A stretch of DNA of 64,000 bases, taken from an uncultured virus (IMG/VR IMGVR_UViG_3300005680_000002). Lineage: Duplodnaviria; Heunggongvirae; Uroviricota; Caudoviricetes. Below, piece by piece: positions 56,666-64,000 of the stretch. The position numbers and the translations under genes are program-made. Numbering within the stretch: the first letter of the stretch is position 1; every line of letters begins with the position of its first letter. The DNA lies in IMG/VR virus record IMGVR_UViG_3300005680_000002. One strand, given 5' to 3'. The notes beneath the pieces are model-generated. The model was not told the DNA's origin. It made no database searches and worked only from the letters and a program-made list of their open reading frames with translations.

Positions 56666-57624
56666 GCCGACCACCAATCCACGCCGCGGCGGGCGCAGCC
56701 GACCGGAACCAGCGCATAGACGGCCGCCCACGGTGCGCCGGTGCGGATCAAACTCATCGCGGCTTCTCGGGCCTTGTCTTCGGAAAGGAGCGTGCGCGGC
56801 TTGCGCTTGCTGGCGCGCACGAGGTAGCCGGCGGCCGTGTAGCGATCCTGGCCCGACAAGCAAGTGGCGCCGCGCATCGCTTCGCGTTGCAGGCCCTCGA
56901 GCTGGTTGCGCAGATCCACGACCACTGCGGCCTGCTTGAACAGCTCGGCGTCCTGCATGCTGACCTTGTGCTGCAGGTCGTCAATCTTCCCGACGACATC
57001 GTTGATGCCGTCTTCACCGACTGCGGCCATCATGGCCGCCTCCCACTTCAGGCATGCGCGTTTGTGGGCCTCGCCGAGGTCGTAGATGGCGCGGATGTGC
57101 TCGACCAGTTCGTCCTGCATCAGCCGGCCCTCGCTATCGCCCACTGCCGCGCGGATGTCGGCCAGCACGCCGATCAGGTGCAAGTGCGCGCGCTGCTGGT
57201 CCTGCTCGGCATCCGACGATTCGCTGAACGCCACGCTGCTCGGGTCGTACTTCGGCGGCGGGATCTGCGGCGGGACGGGCGGCAGGACGCGGAAGATCTT
57301 CGCGGCGCGCGTGCCCTGCCGCATGCCGGCCGGCAGAACGGATTCGCTGATGATGGATGGGGTGCGATCGTCGGGCGATTCCGGCGCAACGTTGCCAGCG
57401 GGGACCTCGAGCGGAACAGCAAGCCAGTACACGAGCTCCTTCTTTTTGCCGCGCTGCTCGCATTCGACTTGGCCGTCGGTGCGCATGGCGTTGAGTTCCC
57501 GGACGACCACGGAAGGGGTGTCGCCTTTACCGATGGCCTGAGCGATGCCTGCGGCCGTGTCTTCGCCAGCAGCGAGGCGATCGGCGATCCGTGTACGCAA
57601 GGGGGTGTTGTCGCGGGCGTTCAC
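56662..57624 (-). CDS. Hypothetical protein, N-terminal wHTH and coiled coil
   Basis: GTG 57624 after GAGGAGG; TAAGIAQAIG...VVRELNAMRTDGQVE. Confidence 0.6.
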   Translation of the reverse strand: MNARDNTPLRTRIADRLAAGEDTAAGIAQAIGKGDTPSVVVRELNAMRTDGQVECEQRGKKKELVYWLAVPLEVPAGNVAPESPDDRTPSIISESVLPAGMRQGTRAAKIFRVLPPVPPQIPPPKYDPSSVAFSESSDAEQDQQRAHLHLIGVLADIRAAVGDSEGRLMQDELVEHIRAIYDLGEAHKRACLKWEAAMMAAVGEDGINDVVGKIDDLQHKVSMQDAELFKQAAVVVDLRNQLEGLQREAMRGATCLSGQDRYTAAGYLVRASKRKPRTLLSEDKAREAAMSLIRTGAPWAAVYALVPVGCARRGVDWWSA

Positions 57625-57860
57625 GATGCGGCCTCCTCGCCATTCAGTAGGCGCTCGATGTCCTCGGCTTTCCACACCAGGAAGCGATTCCGCAGTTTGA
57701 TGGGGCGCACGCCAAAGTAGTGCCCATCGCGGCAAAGGGCGGAGCGCAGTGTTTGCGGGCGGATGTGCAGGGCGGCTGCGGCCTGCTCGGTTGAAAGGGT
57801 GAGGGGCTTGGTCTGCTCGGCGGCCCTGTCACGCGGCGCGGGTCTGTTGGGGGCGCTCAT
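57621..57860 (-). CDS. Excisionase/MerR-like HTH protein
   Basis: LSTEQAAAALHIRPQTLR...P.KL...LVW..EDIERLL. Confidence 0.7.
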   Translation of the reverse strand: MSAPNRPAPRDRAAEQTKPLTLSTEQAAAALHIRPQTLRSALCRDGHYFGVRPIKLRNRFLVWKAEDIERLLNGEEAAS

Positions 57861-58111
57861 TACACAGCCTCCCCGGCGCCCGGACGCAGGGCTTCAACCT
57901 GCTTGGCTGCCTGGGTCTTGGCGCCGTAGGCGATGCGCAGCAGCATTTGCACCGGGCGCGGGATGTTGCGGCCGGACTCGTAGCGACTGCCGGCGGACTG
58001 CCCGACGCCGACAACTGACCAGAACCGCGACTGGTTCAGGCCAGCCTTCTGGCGCATGGCGAGGGCGACTTCGCCGGTGATGGGGGTGAGCTTGGGGGCT
58101 TTGGTGGTCAT
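57860..58111 (-). CDS. XRE-family HTH protein (RsaL-like)
   Basis: RQKAGLNQSRFWSVVGVGQSAGSRYESGRNIPRPV. Confidence 0.75.
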   Translation of the reverse strand: MTTKAPKLTPITGEVALAMRQKAGLNQSRFWSVVGVGQSAGSRYESGRNIPRPVQMLLRIAYGAKTQAAKQVEALRPGAGEAV

Positions 58112-58734
58112 GCTGCGTTCCTCATGTCTTGAATGGCGAAGTAGACGTCGCGGCAGGCCTGCACATCGGCCATTGCGCTGTGGGCGTTCTCCAGGTCGCG
58201 GCCTGTGAAGTGGCGGTAGGCTTCCCCGAGGTTCGGTGTCTTGTGATGGAATCGACCGACGGCACGCATGCGGTCGGTGGGTGGGATTGCGCAGATCGGC
58301 GTAGCCAGGCGGGCGGTGCACTCGGCGCCACCTTCCTTCCAGACGTCAGGCATAGGCTTGGCCCATTCCTCGACGACGTGGTTCTGGTGTCGCATCAGCG
58401 CGATGCGGATGATCCGGGCATCGAACTGCTCGTTATGAGCGACGCGCGGCCGGTGGAACCAGAGCTCCATGAACATCTCGACGGCCAGCTTCTCCTGGAC
58501 GCCGACCGCCTCCGCACGCTCGGTTGTGATGCCATGCACCGCGGCAACCTCGCCGGGTATCGTCCATCCGGCCGGGCGAACGATCACGTCCATGCTGGCG
58601 ATGGTCTGGCGCGAATCGGGGTCGACCAGCAACGCGGCGAGCTGGACGATGTGGGGCTGGTGCGGCGCTTCGGACGGAGCCTTGAAGTCGGGCAGGCCGG
58701 TTGTCTCGGTGTCGTAGAATAGGATGGGCTTCAT
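58108..58734 (-). CDS. DEDDh 3'-5' exonuclease
   Basis: YDTETTG, VAHNEQFD, AHSAMADV. Confidence 0.9.
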   Translation of the reverse strand: MKPILFYDTETTGLPDFKAPSEAPHQPHIVQLAALLVDPDSRQTIASMDVIVRPAGWTIPGEVAAVHGITTERAEAVGVQEKLAVEMFMELWFHRPRVAHNEQFDARIIRIALMRHQNHVVEEWAKPMPDVWKEGGAECTARLATPICAIPPTDRMRAVGRFHHKTPNLGEAYRHFTGRDLENAHSAMADVQACRDVYFAIQDMRNAA

Positions 58735-60506
58735 GCTGCCTCCTTGATTTCTCCGCGCGCCACGGTCGTCAGGTGACGGATCAGCGCCGAGCAGATCCGC
58801 GCAACGTCGCTCTCGAGATACAGCACCGCGGCGCGCTCCTTGCCGGCCGGCTGGATGCCGAGCTGGGCGAGCCCGGCCACACTCAGGGCGATCGGCGACA
58901 GGCGCTGATTGATCTGGCCGAGCGTGATCCGCGCGCCGGTATCGGCCGGCTGTTCGGCTTGCTGCGGAGCCGGGGCGGACATCGCTTTGAGTTCCGCTGC
59001 ATGCTTTGCGGCATCGGCCTGCATCGCCTGTTCGCGCGCCTCGGCCTCAGTGCGTAGCCGGATGCGCTCGGCTGCCGACGCCTCAAGCGCCTTGGCTTGC
59101 TCTTCCGCGCGAATCCGCTCGCGCTCGGCTTGGGCGATGCGCTCGGCCTCACGCTGCGCCTTGGCTTCTTCCTCGCGGCGGATCTTCTCGCGCTCGGCCT
59201 CCAGGCGCTTCGCCTCGGCGTCTGCGCGCTGCTGCCTGCGCATCGCGTAGAGCGCGGCGAAGTCGTCGGGCGCCTTCGTGCAGATCGCGCCGAAGTCGGG
59301 CAGCAGACTCATGTCCTCGACCGTCTTGCGGTTGGCGTCGATGCGGTCGGCGATAGCGTTGGCTTCGATCTTGGCGTTGGCGAGTGCGGTCGATACCTTG
59401 TCGCGCATGCTGTCCAGGCTCTTGAGCCCTTTCACGGCGTCGGCGAAGTACGACACGCCCACGGCAGGAATCCACTCACCGCCGACGCGCCGGCACAGGG
59501 CGGACCAGTGATCGCCATACGCCTTGCGTGCCTGAGCGACGATCTCGGCCTTCCGATTCTCCTTCTCCGCCTTCACCAGCTTGTCGAGCGTGAGCCGCTT
59601 CTGCCGGGCCTCTTCCTTGATCGCGTCGATCGTGCGGAACAGCGATTCGATGCTGTCCGTCTGCGACAGCGCGTGCTGCTTCGCGGCATCAAGCCGGTCC
59701 TCGACTTCCTTGCACCACTTCACCGTCTTCTCGGCGTCGGCGAAGTCGGCATCGGTCTGGAGGTCGGTCTTGATCCCGCCGAAGACCGCCAGGGCGTGTT
59801 CGCGGAACGCGGCCAGGTTGCTTGCCGTCACCATGCCGGTGACTTCGATCCGCAGCGCAGGAAGTGCCTCGGGGGCCGCGCCTGCCGGTTTCACGGTCTC
59901 GGGCTCGGGCGCATATGCGGCCACGTCCTCGGCGAACTGCGCCCAGCCCGCGACGATGCGCTCGCGCAGCGCGGGATGCGACTCGTACCACACGCCGAAC
60001 GTGTTCTCCGGCGTGCCGTCGCTGGCCGTGAAGTAGATGCGATCAGCGCCCGACACCATCAGCTGCTGTTCCATCTGGACGGTGTAGTGCTCGTCCAGCG
60101 TGCCGGCCTCGACCGCGGCGCGCAGATCCTGGTTCAGCAGCTTGGTTTCCCAGCCCACATCGCCCATCATCGTCAGACCGTCCATCGAGGCCAGCAGCGG
60201 AAGGCCGTTGACGTCAGCGGTCATCGTGATCGGGTAGAGGTCATCTCCGAGATGGCTTTCCACGATCGGGCGCGCTGCGGCTTCTGCCTCGTGCCCGGCG
60301 TCGAAGCGGCGCTGCGTGCCGGCGTCGATCTCTTCGGCCAGGCCGGTCGCTTTGCGCTTGATGAGGTCGGCGCGCGTCTGGTACTTCGACACGCCGAGCA
60401 TCGCGCTCGCCTCAGAGGCGGTGTAGTGCTTGGCGCGCAGGGTATGCCACGCCTCGGAGCCCTGTGCGCACTCGTGCGTGATGCGGTTGGTGATGGTGAT
60501 GTTCAT
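58731..60506 (-). CDS. YqaJ/lambda-Exo-family exonuclease with coiled-coil C-terminus
   Basis: QGSEAW...TASEA, ASMDGL, WETK, QMEQQL. Confidence 0.88.
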   Translation of the reverse strand: MNITITNRITHECAQGSEAWHTLRAKHYTASEASAMLGVSKYQTRADLIKRKATGLAEEIDAGTQRRFDAGHEAEAAARPIVESHLGDDLYPITMTADVNGLPLLASMDGLTMMGDVGWETKLLNQDLRAAVEAGTLDEHYTVQMEQQLMVSGADRIYFTASDGTPENTFGVWYESHPALRERIVAGWAQFAEDVAAYAPEPETVKPAGAAPEALPALRIEVTGMVTASNLAAFREHALAVFGGIKTDLQTDADFADAEKTVKWCKEVEDRLDAAKQHALSQTDSIESLFRTIDAIKEEARQKRLTLDKLVKAEKENRKAEIVAQARKAYGDHWSALCRRVGGEWIPAVGVSYFADAVKGLKSLDSMRDKVSTALANAKIEANAIADRIDANRKTVEDMSLLPDFGAICTKAPDDFAALYAMRRQQRADAEAKRLEAEREKIRREEEAKAQREAERIAQAERERIRAEEQAKALEASAAERIRLRTEAEAREQAMQADAAKHAAELKAMSAPAPQQAEQPADTGARITLGQINQRLSPIALSVAGLAQLGIQPAGKERAAVLYLESDVARICSALIRHLTTVARGEIKEAA

Positions 60507-61405
60507 CGTGCGGCCTCCGTGCTTTCGTAGTCTTCAATCCAGCCGTCGTCATCGGCCTGGGCGTTCTGCTCGGGCGCGTCGATGATTTCGGGGGGCGTTT
60601 CCTGCTTGGGTTGCGCTGCGGCGCGAATCGCGGATTTCTGAGCGTCGGACAGCACGCCCTTGGTGCTGACGATCGCAATGATCTGGTCGGCCGTCTTGGC
60701 GCCGGACTGCATCAGGGCGGACCACTTCGGCAGGTTGTCGGCGAAAGCCGATTGCGAGTAGTCGGGCAGGGCGGCCGGCGCTGCGGCTTGTGCTTGGCGG
60801 CTGCTGACGACCTCGGCGGCGCCCATGTCCTTCTCAATGATGCGCTCGGCCTCGTCCTGGTCGTAGATGCCGCCATATCCAAAGGCCATCCGAGCGCACT
60901 GAATCATTGCTTTGTGCCGCAAGAACCGTTTCGGGTGTGTCTGCCACGGGCCGATAACAGGCCCGAACTTGCCTTTGAATGGCTCGCGGTATGTTTCGTC
61001 CAGGTACTCACGAATGATGACCGGGCGAGCCCGATCTTTCCGGTACATAGCACACTCAATCCATGCCGGCGCGTCGCTGTTGGCTCCAGGCATCCTCACC
61101 ATCTCGTCGGACTGTGAGAACTCCATGCCGTCGAATTGAGGGTTGTCGTTGATGATTCGCGCCCAGCCATCCACGCCAACAACCGGGACAATCCCGTTGT
61201 TTTTGTCGGGGAAGGCGTAAATCTCTTTCGTCCATGGGTTCAGGCCGTACTGGTTTGCGACAACCATCAGCGCAGTCATCTGCGCGTTGGTGACTTCGCC
61301 CTTGAAGGCAGTAGCCTTCAGCGTTTCAATCAAGTCGCTGCCGTCATCGCCCATGTCCAGCTTTGCCGCCAGCTTGCTGGTCAGCGTTGTCAGTGCGGTG
61401 CTCAT
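60503..61405 (-). CDS. bet: Bet/RecT-family single-strand annealing recombinase
   Basis: QYGLNPWTKEIYAFPDK..GIVPVVGVDGW...PWQTHPKRFLRHKA.IQCARMAFG..GIYDQDEAERI. Confidence 0.93.
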   Translation of the reverse strand: MSTALTTLTSKLAAKLDMGDDGSDLIETLKATAFKGEVTNAQMTALMVVANQYGLNPWTKEIYAFPDKNNGIVPVVGVDGWARIINDNPQFDGMEFSQSDEMVRMPGANSDAPAWIECAMYRKDRARPVIIREYLDETYREPFKGKFGPVIGPWQTHPKRFLRHKAMIQCARMAFGYGGIYDQDEAERIIEKDMGAAEVVSSRQAQAAAPAALPDYSQSAFADNLPKWSALMQSGAKTADQIIAIVSTKGVLSDAQKSAIRAAAQPKQETPPEIIDAPEQNAQADDDGWIEDYESTEAAR

Positions 61406-61608
61406 TTCAATTTCTCCAGCCATCGGTCAAATGCGATCCGGCTTTCGCCGTTCCGCTTCCTGTGCTCCGGGTGCGCCGCCTCAAACTGCCGGCGCTTCTG
61501 TTCGACCCACTCGGAGAGGGTCAGGTGACGGCCGTCGGTGCGGCGGTCATAGGCTACGATCCGCGTGATGTGCGGCGGCAGGACGGTGGCGTTGCGCTGG
61601 ACCGTCAT
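61402..61608 (-). CDS. Hypothetical protein
   Basis: Coupled ORF between neighbours. Confidence 0.5.
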   Translation of the reverse strand: MTVQRNATVLPPHITRIVAYDRRTDGRHLTLSEWVEQKRRQFEAAHPEHRKRNGESRIAFDRWLEKLK

Positions 61609-61841
61609 GAAAGCCACCACGGCATCGTTGCCAGTGCGCCGACGAAGGCCACGAAGACCGCGACGCCGATCACCGCGTCGCGCAACTCGACCCGCTCGCT
61701 CCGGTCGGCGACGAATGGGATGCGCCGTTGCTTGCGCGGCGTCTCGCGCGGAAAACGAAAGTGATCCGGGTTCGCGCGCTCGATGCGCTGCAACTGACGT
61801 TCGCGCCTGAGCTTCATTTGCTCACTGATGGTCTGACTCAT
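61605..61841 (-). CDS. Small protein with C-terminal TM helix
   Basis: AVIGVAVFVAFVGALATMPWW. Confidence 0.55.
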   Translation of the reverse strand: MSQTISEQMKLRRERQLQRIERANPDHFRFPRETPRKQRRIPFVADRSERVELRDAVIGVAVFVAFVGALATMPWWLS

Positions 61842-61948
61842 GACTCGTTGTCCTTGTCCTGCCGGTTGATCCGAAAGAGGCGCGCGACCAGGAGCCCGGC
61901 CCCGAGCCACACGACAAACACCACGCCGATCAGCGCTACGCCGTTCAT
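61838..61948 (-). CDS. 36-aa single-TM peptide
   Basis: MNGVALIGVVFVVWLGAGLLVARLFR; ATGA-coupled on both sides. Confidence 0.55.
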   Translation of the reverse strand: MNGVALIGVVFVVWLGAGLLVARLFRINRQDKDNES

Positions 61949-62391
61949 GCGAATGCCCGCCGAAACTCTGCGCGGTCGGCCGCGCGATCTTCTTCGTGCC
62001 GGCGGCGCTCCTCGCGCTGCTTCCGCTCCAGCTCTTGTTCGGCCTCGCGCTCTGCCAGCTCGGCGAGCACGCGACGGATCGCCTTGTCGGTCGCCTGAAA
62101 GTGAGCGATCGGATCGCCGCTGCAGTACGCAGCCGTGATCGCGGCGTATTCTTCGTCGTAGAGACACACCCCAGCCTCTCCGGCCCTGTTCGTTTCCTTG
62201 GCCCACTGATCGACCAAGCTCCGCGCCATTGCTTCCAGCGCAATCGCGTGAAGTTCGGGGTTGTTCTCGCTGCGGTGCATGTCCATCTCCTGGTGGATCC
62301 CTTCGAGAAAAAACCCGGGCGCGGTCTTCGCGGAGTCGCCCGGCAATCCAGCCGCGTCTGGCGCTTCTCTTGGGGAGGTGATCGGTGTCAT
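61945..62391 (-). CDS. Hypothetical protein (alternative start 62286)
   Basis: Coupled ORF; charged helical C-terminus. Confidence 0.55.
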   Translation of the reverse strand: MTPITSPREAPDAAGLPGDSAKTAPGFFLEGIHQEMDMHRSENNPELHAIALEAMARSLVDQWAKETNRAGEAGVCLYDEEYAAITAAYCSGDPIAHFQATDKAIRRVLAELAEREAEQELERKQREERRRHEEDRAADRAEFRRAFA

Positions 62392-63491
62392 CCCTGCGCC
62401 TCGACGAACTCGCCGGCATCGGTGACGCGGTAATTGACGTTCGGCTCGATCCCGCCCTCGCCGACGTAGGCAACAGCGATGCGGTAACGCTCTCCGTCGT
62501 GGTAGGTCAGGGCGATTGCCCCGCCGGCACCGGCTCGCGCAGTTGATCCAGGCGATGCGGCGACGCAGACGCAGTTTTCGCCCGAGGCGGCGAGCTGGCT
62601 GCAATAGCCCGAGGCGGCGAGCTTGCTGTAGTCGCCCGAGGCGGCGAGCTGGCTGCGGTAGCCCGATGCGGCGAGCTGGCTGCAATAGCCCGAGGCGGCG
62701 AGCTTGCTGTCGTTGCCCGAGGCGGCGAGCTTGCTGTAGTCGCCCGAGGCGGCGAGCTGGCTGCAACAGCCCGAGGCGGCGAGCTTGCTGTCGTTGCCCG
62801 AGGCGGCGAGCTTGCTGCCGTCGCCCGAGGCGGCGAGCTGGCTGCAACAGCCCGAGGCGGCGAGCTGGCTGCAATAGCCCGATGCGGCGAGCTTGCTGCC
62901 GTCGCCCGAGGCGGCGAGCTGGCTGCGGTAGCCCGATGCGGCGAGCTGGCTGTCGTTGCCCGAGGCGGCGAGCTTGCTGTCGTAGCCCGATGCGGCGAGC
63001 TGGCTGCGGTAGCCCGATGCGGCGAGCCGGCTGTCGTAGCCCGAGGCGGCGAGCTTGCTGCCGTCGCCCGAGGCGTCCACCCCTGGCTTGAGCGCAAAAG
63101 CGTCCTTGCACAGCCCCATCAGGTACGCGACGCCATCTCTGATGATCTGCGGCAGCGCGATTTCTGCGCTGATCGTGATGCGCGCCGCGGAGATCTTTGA
63201 GTCGTCGTCGTGACGGCTGAAATCCCCGCCCATCTCGACCACCGCATACCGGCTGTCGAGCGGGTAGTAGCTCCACACATCGAGCGGGTTTCCACAGGCG
63301 TGGAAGCCACTTTCGCACGCCTTGACCGGCCCGTCGTGCTCGTAGGTCTTGCCGACCTCGAACTGAAAACCGCGGCACTGCATGTTCTGGTCGAACGCCT
63401 TGTAGGCGCGGATCGGCCCTGCGGTGGTGGCGGTGGTGGCGGTGGTTTCGGTCGGCGCCTGGGTGGCGTCGTGCTGTTCGGCTTGCGTCAT
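62388..63491 (-). CDS. DUF7666-like protein with 9-aa tandem repeats
   Basis: AYKAFD....CRGFQFEVGKTY...CESGFHAC.NPLDV..YY N-terminal domain; ASGxxSxLA repeats. Confidence 0.85.
   Translation of the reverse strand: MTQAEQHDATQAPTETTATTATTAGPIRAYKAFDQNMQCRGFQFEVGKTYEHDGPVKACESGFHACGNPLDVWSYYPLDSRYAVVEMGGDFSRHDDDSKISAARITISAEIALPQIIRDGVAYLMGLCKDAFALKPGVDASGDGSKLAASGYDSRLAASGYRSQLAASGYDSKLAASGNDSQLAASGYRSQLAASGDGSKLAASGYCSQLAASGCCSQLAASGDGSKLAASGNDSKLAASGCCSQLAASGDYSKLAASGNDSKLAASGYCSQLAASGYRSQLAASGDYSKLAASGYCSQLAASGENCVCVAASPGSTARAGAGGAIALTYHDGERYRIAVAYVGEGGIEPNVNYRVTDAGEFVEAQG
62589..63074 (-). repeat. 18 x 27-bp coding tandem repeat
   Basis: Unit encodes ASG-xx-S-[KQR]-LA; counted directly from the translation. 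Confidence 0.92.
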
Positions 63492-63525
63492 CGTGGTCTC
63501 CCCTCGCGGTAGTGCGTTGGGATGG

Positions 63526-63567
63526 ATCTTGATACGCGATCACATCATTGTCAATACGCAAACGCAT
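63526..63567 (-). promoter_or_regulatory. PL-like promoter (TTGACA 63554-63549, 17 bp, CAAGAT 63531-63526) with two operators (63532-63545, 63554-63567)
   Basis: ATACGCGATCACAT and ATACGCAAACGCAT match the OR operator consensus with the same geometry as PR. Confidence 0.8.
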
Positions 63568-63658
63568 TTTTTGTGCGACACTTCACCTACTCGCTCATCC
63601 GAGCGGGATCAATCAACGAGAGGTGTCACATGGAGCAGAGAGAAGGAGGGCAGGCAGC

Positions 63659-63839
63659 ATGACCCCACAGAACACCGCCCCCGCCAACCTGCCGCGCCTG
63701 CGGTCACGTCGCCCTGGTGAGCATCACCCAGGGCCAGCGCGTCGAGCGTTACGACCGCTGCGAGCATCCGAGCGGGCCTCATCCGATGCACGAGGGCTGC
63801 CCATGGATGGCGGCGAAGACACAAGGAGCGACGGAATGA
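63659..63839 (+). pseudogene. Small Cys-rich gene whose ATG (63659) is out of frame with the conserved body (63663-63839)
   Basis: TCRACGH...DRC...PMHEGCPWMAAKTQGATE* has no in-frame start before its CxxC. Confidence 0.45.
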
Positions 63840-64000
63840 CCATGAAAGACAAGGATTACGTGTTCGGCCCGCTGCCGAAAAAGAAGCGCGCAGTGTTTCA
63901 TCATCCGCTCGGCTTTGAGCTGTACGACGGGCTTGCTATGGACCTGCATGCAATGACGTTCGCGGAGCAGTGCGTGAAGGCCGAGCGCGAAGCCTGCGCG
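63836..64000 (+). CDS. Hypothetical phage protein, partial (..AEREACA..)
   Basis: AAGGAG RBS, ATG 63836, open to window end. Confidence 0.6.
   Translation, partial: MTMKDKDYVFGPLPKKKRAVFHHPLGFELYDGLAMDLHAMTFAEQCVKAEREACA

Larger units (their letters stand above)
1..64000. mobile_element. Tailed dsDNA phage genome (podovirus-like, N4-gp56-type capsid, DarB-like giant protein), near-complete
   Basis: Terminase, portal, capsid, tail, lysis, replication, recombination and immunity modules fill the window; no host housekeeping genes; no tape-measure, tail-tube or sheath gene recognised. Confidence 0.93.

Noticed and set aside
62589..63074. Regular short repeats resembling a CRISPR array
   Set aside because: Contiguous 27-bp in-frame coding units with no unique spacers, and no cas genes
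61945..63567. 540-aa and other alternative-frame ORFs across the repeat
   Set aside because: Openness is a by-product of the stop-free 27-bp repeat; only the 3' part from 62391/62286 looks coding
63570..63660. Possible tRNA or structured ncRNA in intergenic DNA
   Set aside because: Only a short hairpin (CGCTC-ATCC-GAGCG); no cloverleaf or T-loop found here or elsewhere by eye

Overview
The window is almost entirely one GC-rich, podovirus-like dsDNA phage genome, probably near-complete and circularly permuted. No host genes are visible. Its architecture resembles N4-gp56-capsid/DarB-carrying phages such as the Bcep22-like group (inferred from gene content, not from a search). Layout: (i) a + strand array of small accessory cassettes (1-3253, apparently continuing from ~63570-64000); (ii) a lambdoid immunity region with a short cI-like HTH gene, cro and five ATACG-N4-CGTAT operators; (iii) replication and nin genes, an amino-MTase and a radC/JAB moron; (iv) packaging, head, lysis and tail genes behind four copies of a CCCTGTAGGGCT promoter element; (v) a 4743-aa DarB-like polyvalent protein; (vi) a - strand early operon (repeat protein, Bet, YqaJ exonuclease, DEDDh exonuclease, SSB, AlpA-like gene, C5-MTase). 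No integrase, tRNA, CRISPR or reverse transcriptase was found. Most notable: a phage CsrA/RsmA-like gene together with three conserved AGGA-loop hairpins in tail-gene leaders (candidate self-contained translational control circuit); a 105-codon gene overprinted inside the giant DarB ORF; an EcoHK31I-beta-like gene overprinted in the C5-MTase; an activator-type late promoter family; and several signs that the lysogeny module has decayed. All family assignments come from motif recognition only and need HMM or structure confirmation.
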